A stretch of 64,000 bases of DNA from Macrostomum lignano (Eukaryota). The position numbers and the translations under genes were made by a program. Positions 1 through 12,198 of the stretch are shown in pieces (position 1 is the first letter of the stretch; every line of letters starts with the position of its first letter). Location: NCBI GenBank assembly GCA_002269645.1, contig NIVC01001769.1, positions 62,001 through 126,000 of the forward strand, in the 5' to 3' direction. Below the pieces are notes generated by a model that did not search any database, was not told where the DNA came from, and saw only the letters and a list, made by a program, of their open reading frames with translations.

Positions 1-2340
1 GGCCACCCCTGGAGCGTCAGGGTTATCACTTCGCTTATTACCGGGTCCTGCAGGGATGCCTCGGCCAGCTCGCTTGCGCTGACAAACTCCAGCGCGCCCG
101 ATAACAATACGGCATTCACCTGGTGCTCGTTCGGATCTTCAGCGCAATCTTCTCCGAAAGCGCCATGGCGTGACAAAAAGTCGGGCACGACGTTTTTCTT
201 ACCGGGAACGTGGCACACTTGGAAGTCGTACGCGAGCAGGCGGTCGGCCTATCGGTGCAGCCGCAAAGGTCAGTGGCAGCCCTGAGCCGTCAGCAGCGTC
301 GTCAGAGCCTGGTGGTCGGTGTACAGTTCGAATCTGCCGCCGAACAGGAAGTAGTGCCAACGCTCGCAGGCGAAGATGCATGCGAGCGCTTCTCTTTCTG
401 ACGCGGAGTACTTGCACTTGGTCGCCGACAGAGTCCTCGACGCGAAAGCGACTGGCTTGCGAACGCTTGCATTAACACGGCACCCAGAGCGTGCGCAGAG
501 CTGCCGCAGGCCACGATTATCTTGTCGTCGGGACAGAAGAATCGCAGGCACGTTGGAGACACTACCATCTTCTTAAGCCTCCACAAGGCCCTCTGACAGT
601 CCGCTGTCCATTTCCAAGGCTGGTCCTTGCAAAGTAGCTGCAGCAGCGGCTAGGCGATGTCGGATAGGTTGTGTAGGAAGTTCGAGTAAACTTTACCATT
701 CCGAGAAATGAGGCCACCGCCTTGGTGTTCTGAGGCTCTGGCACCGCTTCGATGGCTTCCACATTGGACTGCATCGGCTGAAGGCCTCTAGCCGAGACGA
801 TGTAGCCCAGAAACTGCACGGACTCTGTAGCCTACTGGCACTTAGCGGTGTTGAGCGTAACGCCATGGGTGAGCAGTCGGTCCAGCACTGCCGTGAGCCG
901 CCGCCGGTGTTCCGTCTCGTTGGCAGCGTGCACCACGGTATCATCAACGTAGTGCAGCGTCCCCAAACAGCCGTGGAGAATCTTACTAAGCACCTTCTGA
1001 AAGGCTGCTGGAGCGCTGTTAAGGCCGTAGCAGACGCGTTTGTACCGGTACAGGCCTTTCTCCGTGATGAAGGCTGTTAGGTCCCGCCGGTCTTCCGCCA
1101 GTTCCAGCTGCAAGTACGACGAGTTCAAATCGAGCTTAGTGAACTCGGTAGAGGTCTCGGTAGTTAACGGACAGCACTGCCTCGCCCATTACACCGATCG
1201 CCTCGCCGTTGTACGCGATGAGCTTCTTGGTCGATGGCTGCAGTGGCACCCGGTTTCCGAGCTTTCTGAAGGTCCTTTCCGACAGGATGGACACCTTGGC
1301 TCCCGAGTCCTCGAGCAGATTCAGCCAGGTGCCCTGCGCCTTCAGCCGGCAGCGGATGTCAGGGCTGGCAGCACCGCGCACTGTGTACACGGTGTGGTCG
1401 CTATCGTCCACGATCTCGGCGACTTTGGCTCCCTGCGACCGGCCCGACCGCAGACATGGCACATCTTGCCTTCAGCTGGACAGCGAGTCCGGCTGGTGTG
1501 TCCGCCTCCGCACTTCGAGCAGAGCTCGCGATCCGCTGATCGCTTCTGACCTCCGTTTTTCCTGTCGGGTTGCAGTCGGACTTTCTTCACCTCTTCTCCC
1601 AGCTGGGCTCTGGAAGCAGCTGCGCCTCCAATCTCGATCACGCTGGCCTCAGCGATGCTGGTCTCCCACTGCTGGCTCAGAGTCATGGCCTTCTGCAGGG
1701 TCAGACCGTCCTCAATCAGCAGGTGCTATCGAATTCGCCTGTCGCTGACCTTCTCCACGATCTGGTCCCGAATCATTTCTTCCATCATGTCGGGGAACTC
1801 ACATGAGCCAGCTAGAGCATACAGGGCCGCCACAAGTCCGCAATCTTTTCACCCGGACGTTGACTGCGCTGTGGAAACTTGTGGCGCTCGGCTACCACGT
1901 TGACTTTGACCCCGAACTGCTCGTCCAGAATCGCGATTTTCGCAGTGATTCCTGTTGGAACCGGAGTCCTCGTTGCCGCCACCGCGGTGAAGACTCACTG
2001 GCCTTCAGCGCCCAGGCAGTGCAGCAGCAGCGGACGCCTCCTCGCCTCCGGCAGAGTGTCGTAACCGGCCGCCAGCAGGCAATTGTCAAACAGAGACTTC
2101 CACTCTTTCCACGGCCTCGTCGGTCGCCCTGGCTGCGGCAGGAACTGATCGGGCGGCGATACGCTGATCCGCAGGGCTTCTGTTGAGGCATTGTCACTTG
2201 CCATTTTTGTTTGCACTTTTGGAGTTTGGCGCTGTTGTAGCAACTTGTGTTGGCTTGCGTGTGTTTTGCAGTCACTTCACTCAGACTGACTTCAGCCCCG
2301 GCTAATTGGGGTGGGTGCTGGCTTTAGCTTGCGACGCCAA
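1..2340 (-). mobile_element. Ty3/Gypsy LTR retrotransposon internal region (gag-protease-RT-RNase H), frameshifted; continues past the window start
   Basis: Fragments on the minus strand, in order: Gag N-terminus (PPDQFLPQPGRPTRPWKEWKSLF), zinc knuckle (CSKCGGGH..CP..GKMCHVC), protease (LLEDSGAKVSIL), RT (GLNSAPAAFQ, HYVDD, FLGYIVS), RNase H (AFASRTLS..KYSASEREALA..YTDHQAL). They are split over several frames. Confidence 0.92.
2325..2339 (-). promoter_or_regulatory. Primer-binding site of the Gypsy element
   Basis: Minus strand reads ...ACAACA T TGGCGTCGCAAGCTA: a TGG-starting PBS 1 nt after an LTR-type CA end and just upstream of gag. Confidence 0.7.
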
Positions 2341-2580
2341 TGTTGTATAATGAAAAAGTCAGCCAGTCTGAAAATTTGTAGGCGAAACTCTTAAGCTCTC
2401 AAACTCACCGCGCTCTCACTTATATATCATATGTTATAATGCGATCGATCCCAGTGGGACTTTTCCGTCCGCCCCGATGTCCGCCCGCGCCTCCGCCCTT
2501 TTTTGGGCGACGGCCGCCCCATGGAGCTACGTGACCTCCGCCCCGGCGTCCGGGGCGGCGCCGCTGGGCGGAGCCTGATG
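2341..2580 (-). repeat. 5' LTR of the Gypsy element (outer boundary uncertain)
   Basis: The inner end TGTTG at 2341 abuts the PBS. Contains a TATA-like TATATA and a GC-rich block. The outer end could not be fixed because the 3' LTR is outside the window. Confidence 0.55.
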
Positions 2581-3436
2581 AAATTTGCTCATAAGCCTAC
2601 TATTAGTAGTAGAATTAGCACAAATTTCTTTTTTGCTGCATTCACTCAGCATTTTTTTCACGATTTTTCTGCTTTTTGGATTTTTCGATTTTGGGATATT
2701 AGCGATCACTGGCTTCGTAATTAAGGCTATTAGAATGATTCAAAGACTTGTTCGCTTCGTTTTGTTCCTACTGGTGCAGGCAACTCCGTAATGTATATTT
2801 AAGTCATAGGTAGTTCGTGTATTTTAATTATTTGCAAGTATTTTAAGGCATTAAAACATTTTATAAATAAGCGCAATAATTCTTTAAAAAAGAAATTACA
2901 AATGAATATTAGCAAAATCAGGAGTGAAGCGAGTCGGCAGGGGCGGATTGAGGGGGGGGGGGCATTAGGGCGGCCGCCCCCTATCAAAATAGCTTGATAA
3001 AAAATATTTTTTTTACCTAAGTTTAAAAACCTAAGTTTTTTGTGCATAGCTTCATTTTTTACTTTTAACACACTTTTTGCGCCCCCCTAGCTTAAAAATG
3101 GCGCCCCTCATACTCTTGATGGCGCCCCCACACTGGGACCCCCCGAAATGAAATTCCAGATCCGACACTTCGAGTCAGTTGTTAACTTTCCTCCACTTCA
3201 GCCAGCAACAGTAGCGGCCCGTGCAACGATCAGAAGTTTTTAATCAAATAGGGGAACAAATGAACAAATGAACGATGTGAGGTCCCCCACCCTATTTTAC
3301 CGACTTGAAACCCCGGACCTATGCGTATCTATGCATAACTAAGCAGCAACTCTTCTAAGCTCAGTATCTTACAAAAGCACCTTAATTAGCCTATAGGCTT
3401 TCACATTTCTGATACTATTTTAACTATATTACGCAT

Positions 3437-5792
3437 TTAATCGTCACTGTAGTCGGAAGGACACCGAAACTCATCGTCACTCGACCCCATCAAATCATCC
3501 ATTTCTCGAACAGCTCTGTTTACATTCGCACTGCGGCGCTTTGCTGCCCTCTGCTGCTGAGTAGGAGCTGGCCGCTTCTGGGCCCGCTGCGGCGTAGCAG
3601 ATGTGGTGGCCTGCGAAAGCCCGCTGGCTTGTGGAGTCGAGGCTGCGCTTCTTGCGCTGATTGAATTTGATGGCGTCATGGCACCGATTGTGTTGCGGCG
3701 AAGCGACCGCCCCGAGATTCGGTCAGCTCCGTGCCTCAGGTACTGCCGCACTTGGCTAGCGACCAGGTCCTGAGACGGCCTGCCGTCCTCCGCTCTGGTG
3801 CCGTAAATTGCTGAGACGGCATCTGCAATTCCAACAAGGGATGCAAAATAGGTCGATAACTATACAAGATTGTGGTATAAAATGACTATATCCGTGTAAA
3901 ATAAGCATTATAATTATAATTGTTTTTATGGGTTACAGATTGCAAGAAGGGTTAGCTGCATTTAGCTTAATAACAGAATATCGTACCTTGGATGTAGCCC
4001 AAAAACTTGGATTGAAACGCGAGCTCCCGATCGGATAGCTCCGTGGCTGCACCAGACTGGCACACCCTGTTCCGCATGCCCTGTCCATTGAAATTGACAA
4101 GTGCTTGCAGTCGGGGCGTCAGGATGACATTGACCATGTCGGTGACTGCAGTTGCCCAATCTCCGCGCCGGCATAGACGGAGATGATTAATCTGAGGGAA
4201 GTGACAGTAAGTTGGGTTCCAGCTTAATTTCGATTAATATAGAAACGAAACTACTTTTACTACTTACTCCTCAGAAGCAGTAGCAAGTAGGGGAATTTTT
4301 TAATTAAAATAGGTTAACACTGAAACTTACCAAAGTCAAAACTCGCTCAGAAGGCAAATCAGCGAGGAAGCGAGCATACTCCTCCAGTGAACTCAGAGGT
4401 TCAAACAGCAAGCTGGCTGATTGCCCTGCCCGCTGATCCAGACGGGCCTGAATTCCAGCCAGTATGTTGATTATCTGCTGCTGGCTTTCCTCCAGTTTCA
4501 TTGTCCGCTGGACCAGCTCTCGCAGCTGAGATACATGGAGGAATACGAGGCCGTCAGCGGAATTTAAGGGCATTGGCGCAATAGACTGAAGCTGTTCTTG
4601 CAGCCTCTTGATTGGGCCCGGCCCGAACTGCAAGCGGACTGGCCGATCGTCTGTGCCAGCAGCAGGTGTGCCAGCATCAGCAGCAGTGCTCAGTAGAGTT
4701 TTTTGAATCGTCGACGCCTCTGCAGCTGCCTTTGCCGCTTCCGCTTTTGCCACTGCCGCCTTCGCTGCTGCCGCCTTCGCCGCCGCCGCCTGTGCTGCTT
4801 TTGCCGCTGCCGCTTCCGCCGCTGCCGCTTCCGCCGCTGCCGCTTCCGCCGCTGCCGCTTCCGCCGCAGCCGCTTCCGCCGCAGCCGCTTCCGCCGCTGC
4901 CGCTTCCGCCGCTGCCCTTTCGGCCGCTGCCGCTTCCGCCGCTGCCGCTTCCGCCGCTGCCGCTTCCGCCGCTGCCGCTTCGGGCGCTGCCGCTTCTGCC
5001 GCTAAAGCCTCCGCAGCTGCGGCTGTGGAGGCCGCACTTTTAGAGGCTTCGATCTCTTTCGCTGCCGCAACCGCTGCTGGGGTCTCTGCGTTTCTAGCAG
5101 CAGCAAATGCCGGTGGAAGTGGCGGCAATGCAGAGCCTTTCGAAATCGTCGAATTCGTCGTGGCAACAAATTCAGCATCAGACTCCGGATCGCTTTGAAA
5201 GAAATCATCCGTGTTTGAGGCTGATCCAGTTGCCTCATTCTAAATAGGAGGATGTGGAAGGCAAACTACTCACTGAACCACTCATCCACTGACTCACCCA
5301 CATACTGACCCACTAGTTGACTTGGAATAACAGCTTACCCTTATTTGATAACGGCTGCGGGCCCTTCTCCAATCTTCGCGGGTGAAGACGCGTGGCTGCA
5401 CTTTCTCTAGTACATCGGCTAGCCGTTTCTTCTTCCTAATTAATTCTCTTGCGTAGCTGAAGCTGCTGGCCTCCAGACAGTCTTCCATAATAACCTAAAA
5501 TGATTTGTAGGTTATTTCTTGAATTTTTATGCATCAATTTCATTAGTTCATTTTTTTTAAAATCACCGAAAATCAGAAAATCAATAAAATATTGTTAAAT
5601 TCTTACCTGAACAATGTAAGCTTCGTAATACTTTTCGTTGTACAGCACTTCACATTTCCATTTTAATGTACAATGGCTCCTATCGAGCCACTCCTGCTCT
5701 GTCAGATTTTTTAGATGTGAAGGCAGAATCACATCCTCTTCCATCATCTCAACTACTTGTCTGTCAATTGCAAAAACAACTAAAAATTTCAT
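3437..5792 (-). CDS. DUF4806-like transposon-associated protein, 5 exons (5792-5607, 5494-5339, 5239-4331, 4191-3987, 3822-3437), about 613 aa
   Basis: All four introns are GT-AG with compatible phases (0,0,0,1) and the joined CDS is 1842 nt with no internal stop. C-terminal SQVRQYLRHGADR and LFEPLSSLEEY resemble DUF4806 proteins. Lies head-to-head with a transposase. Confidence 0.75.
4790..5000 (-). repeat. Coding 15-bp tandem repeat encoding (EAAAA)n
   Basis: The plus-strand unit CCGCTGCCGCTTCCG is repeated about 13 times in frame within exon 3. Confidence 0.9.
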
Positions 5793-5937
5793 TTTTAAAC
5801 TTAAAAAATGATTTTTTGGATTGACAAAGCACGCAGATCGCACGACAATTGCACGGGGGAAGGTAGTAGAGCAGTTGGAAGTTAAGAAGACAAGTCATAG
5901 TTTCAAATATCGGGGTGGCAGTGGCACCATTCAGCAA

Positions 5938-5992
5938 ATTAGCCAATGGGATCCGATTGCGGTTGGCCCGCCCTTTCGCTGGATTGGCTAAG
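5938..5992. promoter_or_regulatory. Putative bidirectional promoter
   Basis: AGCCAAT (5941), a CCCGCCC GC box and ATTGGCT (reverse CCAAT) sit in the 330-bp gap between the two divergent start codons. Confidence 0.5.
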
Positions 5993-6122
5993 CGCTCAGT
6001 GCGGGCGATGGCAGAGTGTTGGTGTTGTTCATCTTACAATTTTGATTAGAAATTCTTGATCATTCAAATTTGATTATTTGTTTAAAATTTTATTGAACGA
6101 AACGGAAACGTAATTATACGTC

Positions 6123-8087
6123 ATGGCATCAAGGAGCAAACGAAGAAGAGCGGATGATTTCCTAATGACTAGGTTTCTCCGGGACGATGTCGGCTATGGC
6201 AAAGCAATGCCTGAAGCTAGCCCTGTAGAAGTTGATGTCACGGAGGAGCCGACAGAAACTGCTGAAGTTGAGGAAGAAGAAGCTGGCTTTGATGAGCTTC
6301 GGTCGTTGAGCAGCACTGACGATGAAGAGGAAGAGAAACCCCAGGATATTCGCTCAACAGAGAAGAAACTGCTGGACTTGCTGGTCAGTTTCTTCACCAT
6401 CTTTGGCTATTCCAGACCAGCGGCTATTTTCCTACTGACCGGACTTCGTGCGATTGATTTGCCAGCACCTAACTATAAAACAGTCGAGCGAATTCTGAAA
6501 GAAGATCAACCCACTGGAAAGACAACTCCAATGGGCAATGGACACTTCCGGTATGTGTCGATTCTTGATAACCTGCAGTTGCTGCTCAGCCAAGGTCTGC
6601 TGCGACTGATGCCCGAGAATGAGCACCGTGATGATCAAAGTTCCACTCCTAAAGTGTTTAAGTTCGAAGGAATCGTCAATTGCGATGGTTTACCACTCTA
6701 CCATTCGAGTGGATTCGGACTGTGGCCTATTTTAATGAAAATTCCTGGCGCATTCGCAAAGCCTTTTCCGGTGGGAGTTTGGGCCGGCGTTGGAAAACCT
6801 CCACTTTTGCCCTACCTTCAAGAATTTTGCCAAGAGGCCACAAAATTTCTTTCTGGTCCTGTCACAATTAGTAAAGACGTCTCCATTACTCTATCAACAA
6901 TTTATTTCGTTTGCGACGCCCCCGCCCGAGCATTTTTAATGGCAACCTTGAATCACAACTCCTATCATGGCTGCAGCTATTGCCGAGCGGTAGGGCCTCG
7001 TGTTGCAAACCGTGTGACTTATGCACTGACGGCTGGAGAAAGCCGCTGCGGAAAGATCTATCGCGCAGGGATGGAGAGGAACCAGGAAACAAAAAGCAGG
7101 ATTCGTTCTCTGCTACTGGATTTGCCGAGCATAGATTTTGTCACGTCTTTTCCTCTTGATTATCAGCATGCTGTTTGTCTTGGTGTTGTTCGCAAGCTAA
7201 TGAACTTATACTTTGGCAAAGGACCAGCCGGTGAATGCAAGCTTAATCCGACACAGTTGCGCCGAATGTCGGATAAGATCACTTTGGTTGCTTCGTGGAC
7301 ACCGTCAGAGTTTCAGAGACGGCCTCGGCGAATTGATATAAACTTACAGTACATGAAAGCAACAGAATTTCGCCAATTTTTACTTTATTTGGGACCGATT
7401 CTGTTTCGAGGCTTCGTGCAGGAAAAATATATTAATCATTTCTTGCTTCTGCACTTTGCTCTATATGTCTACTCTGATAGGCGGCTGATCGACTTGTATG
7501 ACCACGCTAAAAAATGTATTGAAGAATTCGTATTAAAAACAGCGGAACTTTTTGGACAGCAGTCCGTTAGTTATAACATTCATGCTTTGCTTCATTTAGA
7601 TCAGTTCGTGCGGCAACACGCAGATATTAATTACTTCTCAACGTTTGCATTTGAAAACTATCTGGGTGCAGTGAAGCGAAGCATTAAAGTCACAAGGCAC
7701 CTTGCAGCCCATTGCGTCCAACAAGTTTTTAAGGTGAGAAAGCAAACGCTGCTTCAAAACCACAGCATTCCGGCACTAAGATACCGGCCGACAGCAGGTG
7801 ACAACTGCTGTTTTGTCGATGAAACCTGCAATACGTGCGTCTACATCGACAGCCTTTCAGCAAGTGGACTAGTTTCTGGCAGGATTCTTCTTCCCGAGAG
7901 TGACGTTTACTCGTACCCATACGAATCCCTCACGCTTGGAATTGGGATTTACCGCCTTACATCGATTGTCACTAGTGGTGTGCCGCAACGCAAATGCTGG
8001 ATTTGGCCTTCAAAAAATCTGGATACCGAAGCAACTGACGCAGAAAGTCGTTTCCACGTTGTGCCTCTAACGGGCGACAGGGATTAG
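6123..8087 (+). CDS. EnSpm/CACTA (CMC)-like DDE transposase, 654 aa, intronless and uninterrupted
   Basis: Motifs NCDGLPLY..SGFGLWPI, YFVCDAPARAFL, HGCSYC, LDYQHAVCLGV, PSEFQRRPR, KATEFRQFLLY.GP, YNIHALLHL and FAFENYLG are typical of animal CACTA-like transposases. Confidence 0.85.
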   Translation: MASRSKRRRADDFLMTRFLRDDVGYGKAMPEASPVEVDVTEEPTETAEVEEEEAGFDELRSLSSTDDEEEEKPQDIRSTEKKLLDLLVSFFTIFGYSRPAAIFLLTGLRAIDLPAPNYKTVERILKEDQPTGKTTPMGNGHFRYVSILDNLQLLLSQGLLRLMPENEHRDDQSSTPKVFKFEGIVNCDGLPLYHSSGFGLWPILMKIPGAFAKPFPVGVWAGVGKPPLLPYLQEFCQEATKFLSGPVTISKDVSITLSTIYFVCDAPARAFLMATLNHNSYHGCSYCRAVGPRVANRVTYALTAGESRCGKIYRAGMERNQETKSRIRSLLLDLPSIDFVTSFPLDYQHAVCLGVVRKLMNLYFGKGPAGECKLNPTQLRRMSDKITLVASWTPSEFQRRPRRIDINLQYMKATEFRQFLLYLGPILFRGFVQEKYINHFLLLHFALYVYSDRRLIDLYDHAKKCIEEFVLKTAELFGQQSVSYNIHALLHLDQFVRQHADINYFSTFAFENYLGAVKRSIKVTRHLAAHCVQQVFKVRKQTLLQNHSIPALRYRPTAGDNCCFVDETCNTCVYIDSLSASGLVSGRILLPESDVYSYPYESLTLGIGIYRLTSIVTSGVPQRKCWIWPSKNLDTEATDAESRFHVVPLTGDRD

Positions 8088-9569
8088 ATTAGATATGAAC
8101 TGATTCGTAAGTCAATTTTAACCCAACGTTTTTTTTTCAAGGTTTCTAAACAAGTGTATTGCCTAACTTATTGAAACTCGTATCATTTCCCACAGCTGTT
8201 TTGGAATCATCGATCAGCTGCTTTGATTTCTCGACTCCGCCTCGCAGGGCTCGCATGCATCTACCGAAAAAAACTACTAGCTTATTCGACTGTGAACTGG
8301 CAATATCAATACACAAAGACAGAGACTGAAACATCGAGAACGCTAGACTGTTTTTTTCTCTGTTCTGCTTTGCTCTCTTTGTTTTGATTTGTTGAACCAA
8401 GATTTATAGCTATATAGCTAATAGAAATCGTGGGACCCATTTTATTCATGGTCTGTGAACCCTGCTGGCCTGGACATGCCTGGATCAAACAGAGGCTCGA
8501 AATAAGCTTTTTTCTTATGGGGGTGGGGTATAAAGAGACAGAGGCAGCTGTTGTGGCCATAAAAAATGTCGGCTCGACAGGCTTTGAGTTGCTCCTCTAC
8601 ACGATATATCTCTCTCGCAATTCAGTTCGAAATAAAATTGATACATACTTCCCCACCAACACACTGCCCGCTTCTTTGCTATCTATCAAACAGGCCTTTT
8701 CTGTTCGAACTCAGTCTCCCATAAAGTAAACAACTATATAACTTAGAAGCAGGTCTGTGGGCTAGAACTGAGCTAAAATCTATCTGCTTCCATGAATGGC
8801 TTCGAAAAGGAACACTTTTGGCGCAGCCAGAAATTTGAATCCACTTGGAGAGTGGAGGGAGTGGGCCTGTACAATATCGAAAATATACGATTCCCCATTC
8901 CCTTGCATTTTCTGTATCCCCTGTCACCCTTTTGCTGCGTTAACACCAGTACACCAGTGAATAGAGAGGCCAGCTAAATTTCCAAGACACTACAGATCCG
9001 AACCGTCAAGAGAGCTTTTTTCTGAAAATAAAGTTCGTTCATTTCTTGACACTGAGTTAGGTGTGTCAATAATTTCAGCATTAACGACAGTTAGATTTAT
9101 CAAATTTGAGTGTTGAGAACTATGTGTTTGAATAATTAAACTAACTTTTTATCAATATGTTTCATTAACTGGTTACTAACTCTTTTAAGGCTTATTAAGC
9201 CGTTAATACCCATGTGAATGTTACAGTAACTATATTTTTTACGTTTTAATTACAAAGTTTAGCCTTTCAACAACAACGCTTAATCTGTTTTGCATACTTG
9301 TCCTGTCTTACATTTACTACAATGAACAACAGTATCTGCTTGTAACTATCTATACTTCGAGATTTGTGTGTCGTCTGAAACGAAAGAGTTGATATTTTTA
9401 GCGTGAGTTACAAACGTACAAATATTAAAAACTCAATAAAAATTTACAACCGCAACAAATTCACGGGGCGCTTTCATTAGGCAAAAATTTCACTTTGCCG
9501 AAAAGCACTCTCTTTCACTAGGCCGAACCTTATGTACCTCGTAAGAGCGTGCTCGGCAATGTGAAGTTC

Positions 9570-10400
9570 CTCTATCCTCTCTACCCTCTCTCCTTTCTAC
9601 CCTCTCTTCTCTACCCTCTCTTCTCTACCCTCTCTCTTCTCTACCCTCTCTCCTCTCTACCCTCTCTTCTCTACCCTCTCTTCTCTACCCTCTCTCTTCT
9701 CTACCCTCTCTTTTCTCTACCCTCTCTCTTCTCTACCCTCTCTCTTCTCTACCATCTCTCCTCTCTACCCTCTCTTCTCTACCCTCTCTCTTCTCTACCC
9801 TCTCTTTTCTCTACCCTCTCTCTTCTCTACCCTCTCTCTTCTCTACCATCTCTCCTCTCTACCCTCTCTTCTCTACCCTCTCTCTTCTCTACCCTCTCTC
9901 TTCTCTACCCTCTCTCTTCTCTACCCTCTCTCTTCTCTACCCTCTCTCTTCTCTACCCTCTCTCCTCTCTACCCTCTCCTCTCTACCCTCTCTCTTCTCT
10001 ACCCTCTCTCTTCTCTACCCTCTCTCCTCTCTACCCTCTCCTCTCTACCCTCTCTCTTCTCTACCCTCTCTCTTCTCTACCCTCTCTCCTCTCTACCCTC
10101 TCTTCTCTACCCTCTCTCTTCTCTACCCTCTCTCCTCTCTACCCTCTCTTCTCTACCCTCTCTCTTCTCTACCCTCTCTCTTCTCTACCCTCTCTCCTCT
10201 CTACCCTCTCTTCTCTACCCTCTCTCTTCTCTACCCTCTCTCCTCTCTACCCTCTCCTCTCTACCCTCTCTCCTCTCTCCCTATTTCTTCTTTCTCTTCC
10301 TTCTCTCCTCTCCTCCCTCTCTCCCTTCTCTCGTCTCTTCCCTCTTTTCTCCTCTTGTCTTCTTTCTTATCTCATCTCTCTCTGTCTCTCATGTCTCATG
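9570..10400. repeat. CT-rich microsatellite/low-complexity array (CTCTAC CCTCTCT variants)
   Basis: Directly visible. The 306-aa ORF over it is an artefact. Confidence 0.95.
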
Positions 10401-10419
10401 AGCTTGCACTGGATTTTTC

Positions 10420-10455
10420 ATCTGGCCCTTGAGGAAAAAAGTTTGCCAGCCTCTG
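10420..10455 (+). mobile_element. Degenerate right end of a hAT-type MITE
   Basis: ATCTGGCCCTTGAGGAAAAAAGTTTGCCAGCCTCTG resembles the MITE end at 43115-43151. Confidence 0.5.
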
Positions 10456-10729
10456 GGTTAAAGCTTTGAGTCAGCTTTGCTTCTCGCAGCGCAGCACAGC
10501 GAGCCAATAGGTCGGATTACCTAGCTCTTACTTCCCTGGCCAATTTAGACTGCCATAACTTTGCCCCAAATAAATATATTTATTTCAAACTTGAGTCGAT
10601 TGCGCCTTGATATGTTTTCTGTCTAAACATGGAGTCTCAGCTTCATAACTCAATCAGGACAGGACAGAAACTATGAGCATGTGAAGTTTGCCTGATTTTT
10701 ATCTATTCTTTTGCCTGTGGAGTAGTAGA

Positions 10730-11065
10730 GCAGTTAGAGAAAACAGGGAAACATAGAAAGCTATAGAAAACAGAGGGAGAGAGAAGAGATGAAAAAGCAG
10801 TAGACAAGAAGACAGATAGAGCAGCAGAGAGGACAGATGAAAGGGATGCAGGGCAGATGCAAGAGAGGGAGGATGAAAAAAGGGTACAGCGGAAGAGAAG
10901 ACCGGGATAACAGAGTGAGAGTATAGACAGATCGAAGGGGGGGGAGAACAGTGTGAACAAAGGGAGAGAGGAGAGTAGACAGATAGAAGGGACTGAGGAA
11001 TAGGTTGAGAGAGGACAGATGGAGAGAAAAAGAGACAGTAGAATCTTGCTTAAATAAACCGACGG
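10730..11065. repeat. AG-rich low-complexity tract
   Basis: Purine-rich GAGA/AGAC sequence without a fixed period. Confidence 0.7.
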
Positions 11066-12198
11066 AATCGAAATCGTAGACCTTGTTTGGTTTTTCCTAA
11101 CTTCCATTGCACTAGCTATTTAAATATTTTTTGTTAGATTTTAAATCAAAGAAGCAAAAGAGATACAGGGTTCCAAATTCTGTGGGTTTAAATTCCAGAT
11201 GTTAAAGCAGCGTGTTTTCACCAAAACAAATATATAAATAATCAATAGTTAGTTTTGCCTGCAGAGAAATATCCAAGCTGCGCAACGGCATCCAGGAATA
11301 AAAAATCTGCGATTTTAGTGGACACTACTCAAAGCTGTAACAGCTGCTGCAGCATTTTTCAGATCATTGATTATGGATTTCTGGCCAACAGGAACAGCAT
11401 GAAGTCAAGCATTGCAGACACTACTCGTAGTTTCACCCAGTGAGGAGCACTTAATTCTACTTCTAAGGGGCATTTTAAGCCGGCATGTTCGATCAGCAGG
11501 TTTAGCAGCAATTAAAAATAGATGGCAAAGACAAGCTCACTTTCTAAAAGCGCAAATATTTAATATTTATCGTCTATTTGATGCTTTTAATCTTCTTTCG
11601 ACTGCAAACAAAAATTTGTTCTCGGGGGGCCTGCAACTCTACGCTACTAAAAGTAGTCTGATGCGCATTTAAATTTTTATGAAACTCTACACATCTTTCC
11701 GGAAAAATAATTTCACAATGTTGGCACTAGGCAACAGCAAATATTTCCCTAACGTTTATTGTAAAGAGTAGTCACCTATTATTGTGATAAAAAACGGTTC
11801 TCCCGCTAAGCTGTAAGGGCAATGCTATTAAATAAAGCTGCCTGGAACATGAAACCTGCCAAATTTAGGTTGCCGCCTCATAGGCCGCCGGGCGATCACC
11901 GGGCGGCTTCGATTAGGATTTAAAAAATCGTACTTATTAAGGCGAAATAAAGTATCACGATTACAAAATCACAATTTCTCATTGAAAAATCAGATCATCC
12001 TTCATTGTAAAGTGAAAATAAAAATATTTACTGACTGCCCTCACAGGCGGTCGCGAGGGCGCACACCGCCCACTGTACGCCCCACTTAGTTGTCCCACTG
12101 GGATAGCTAACAGGTGTACATCGAATATACACACAATTACGCAAACGCATAGAGTAGCAACACAACAGGCGCTCCAAAGCGGTCTTCTGCTCTAGATC

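Larger units (their letters stand above)
3437..8087. mobile_element. Two-gene CACTA-like DNA transposon (minimum extent; termini not found)
   Basis: Divergent transposase and DUF4806-like gene pair. I searched by eye for TIRs in 3170-3437 and 8087-9000 and found none convincing. Confidence 0.65.

Noticed and set aside
2935-3170. MITE with AGGGGCGGAT / ATCCGACACT ends, or the CACTA left terminus
   Set aside because: The inverted match is short and imperfect, there is no TSD, and there is no counterpart right of the transposase.
4209-4226. Shared 13-mer GTTGGGTTCCAGC near the 3' end of two minus-strand introns (4211 and 14079)
   Set aside because: Exact 13-mer matches are expected by chance in 64 kb and there is no third copy or structure.
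4612-5043. Plus-strand Pro-rich and Arg/Cys-rich ORFs
   Set aside because: Antisense shadows of the EAAAA repeat. The minus frame splices in phase with the flanking exons.
9549-10469. 306-aa Leu/Ser/Pro ORF and the similar ORFs at 42456-43289
   Set aside because: Translations of CT microsatellites.
11882-11910. GC hairpin as a Helitron end or terminator
   Set aside because: Imperfect stem with no CTRR or U-tract at the expected distance.
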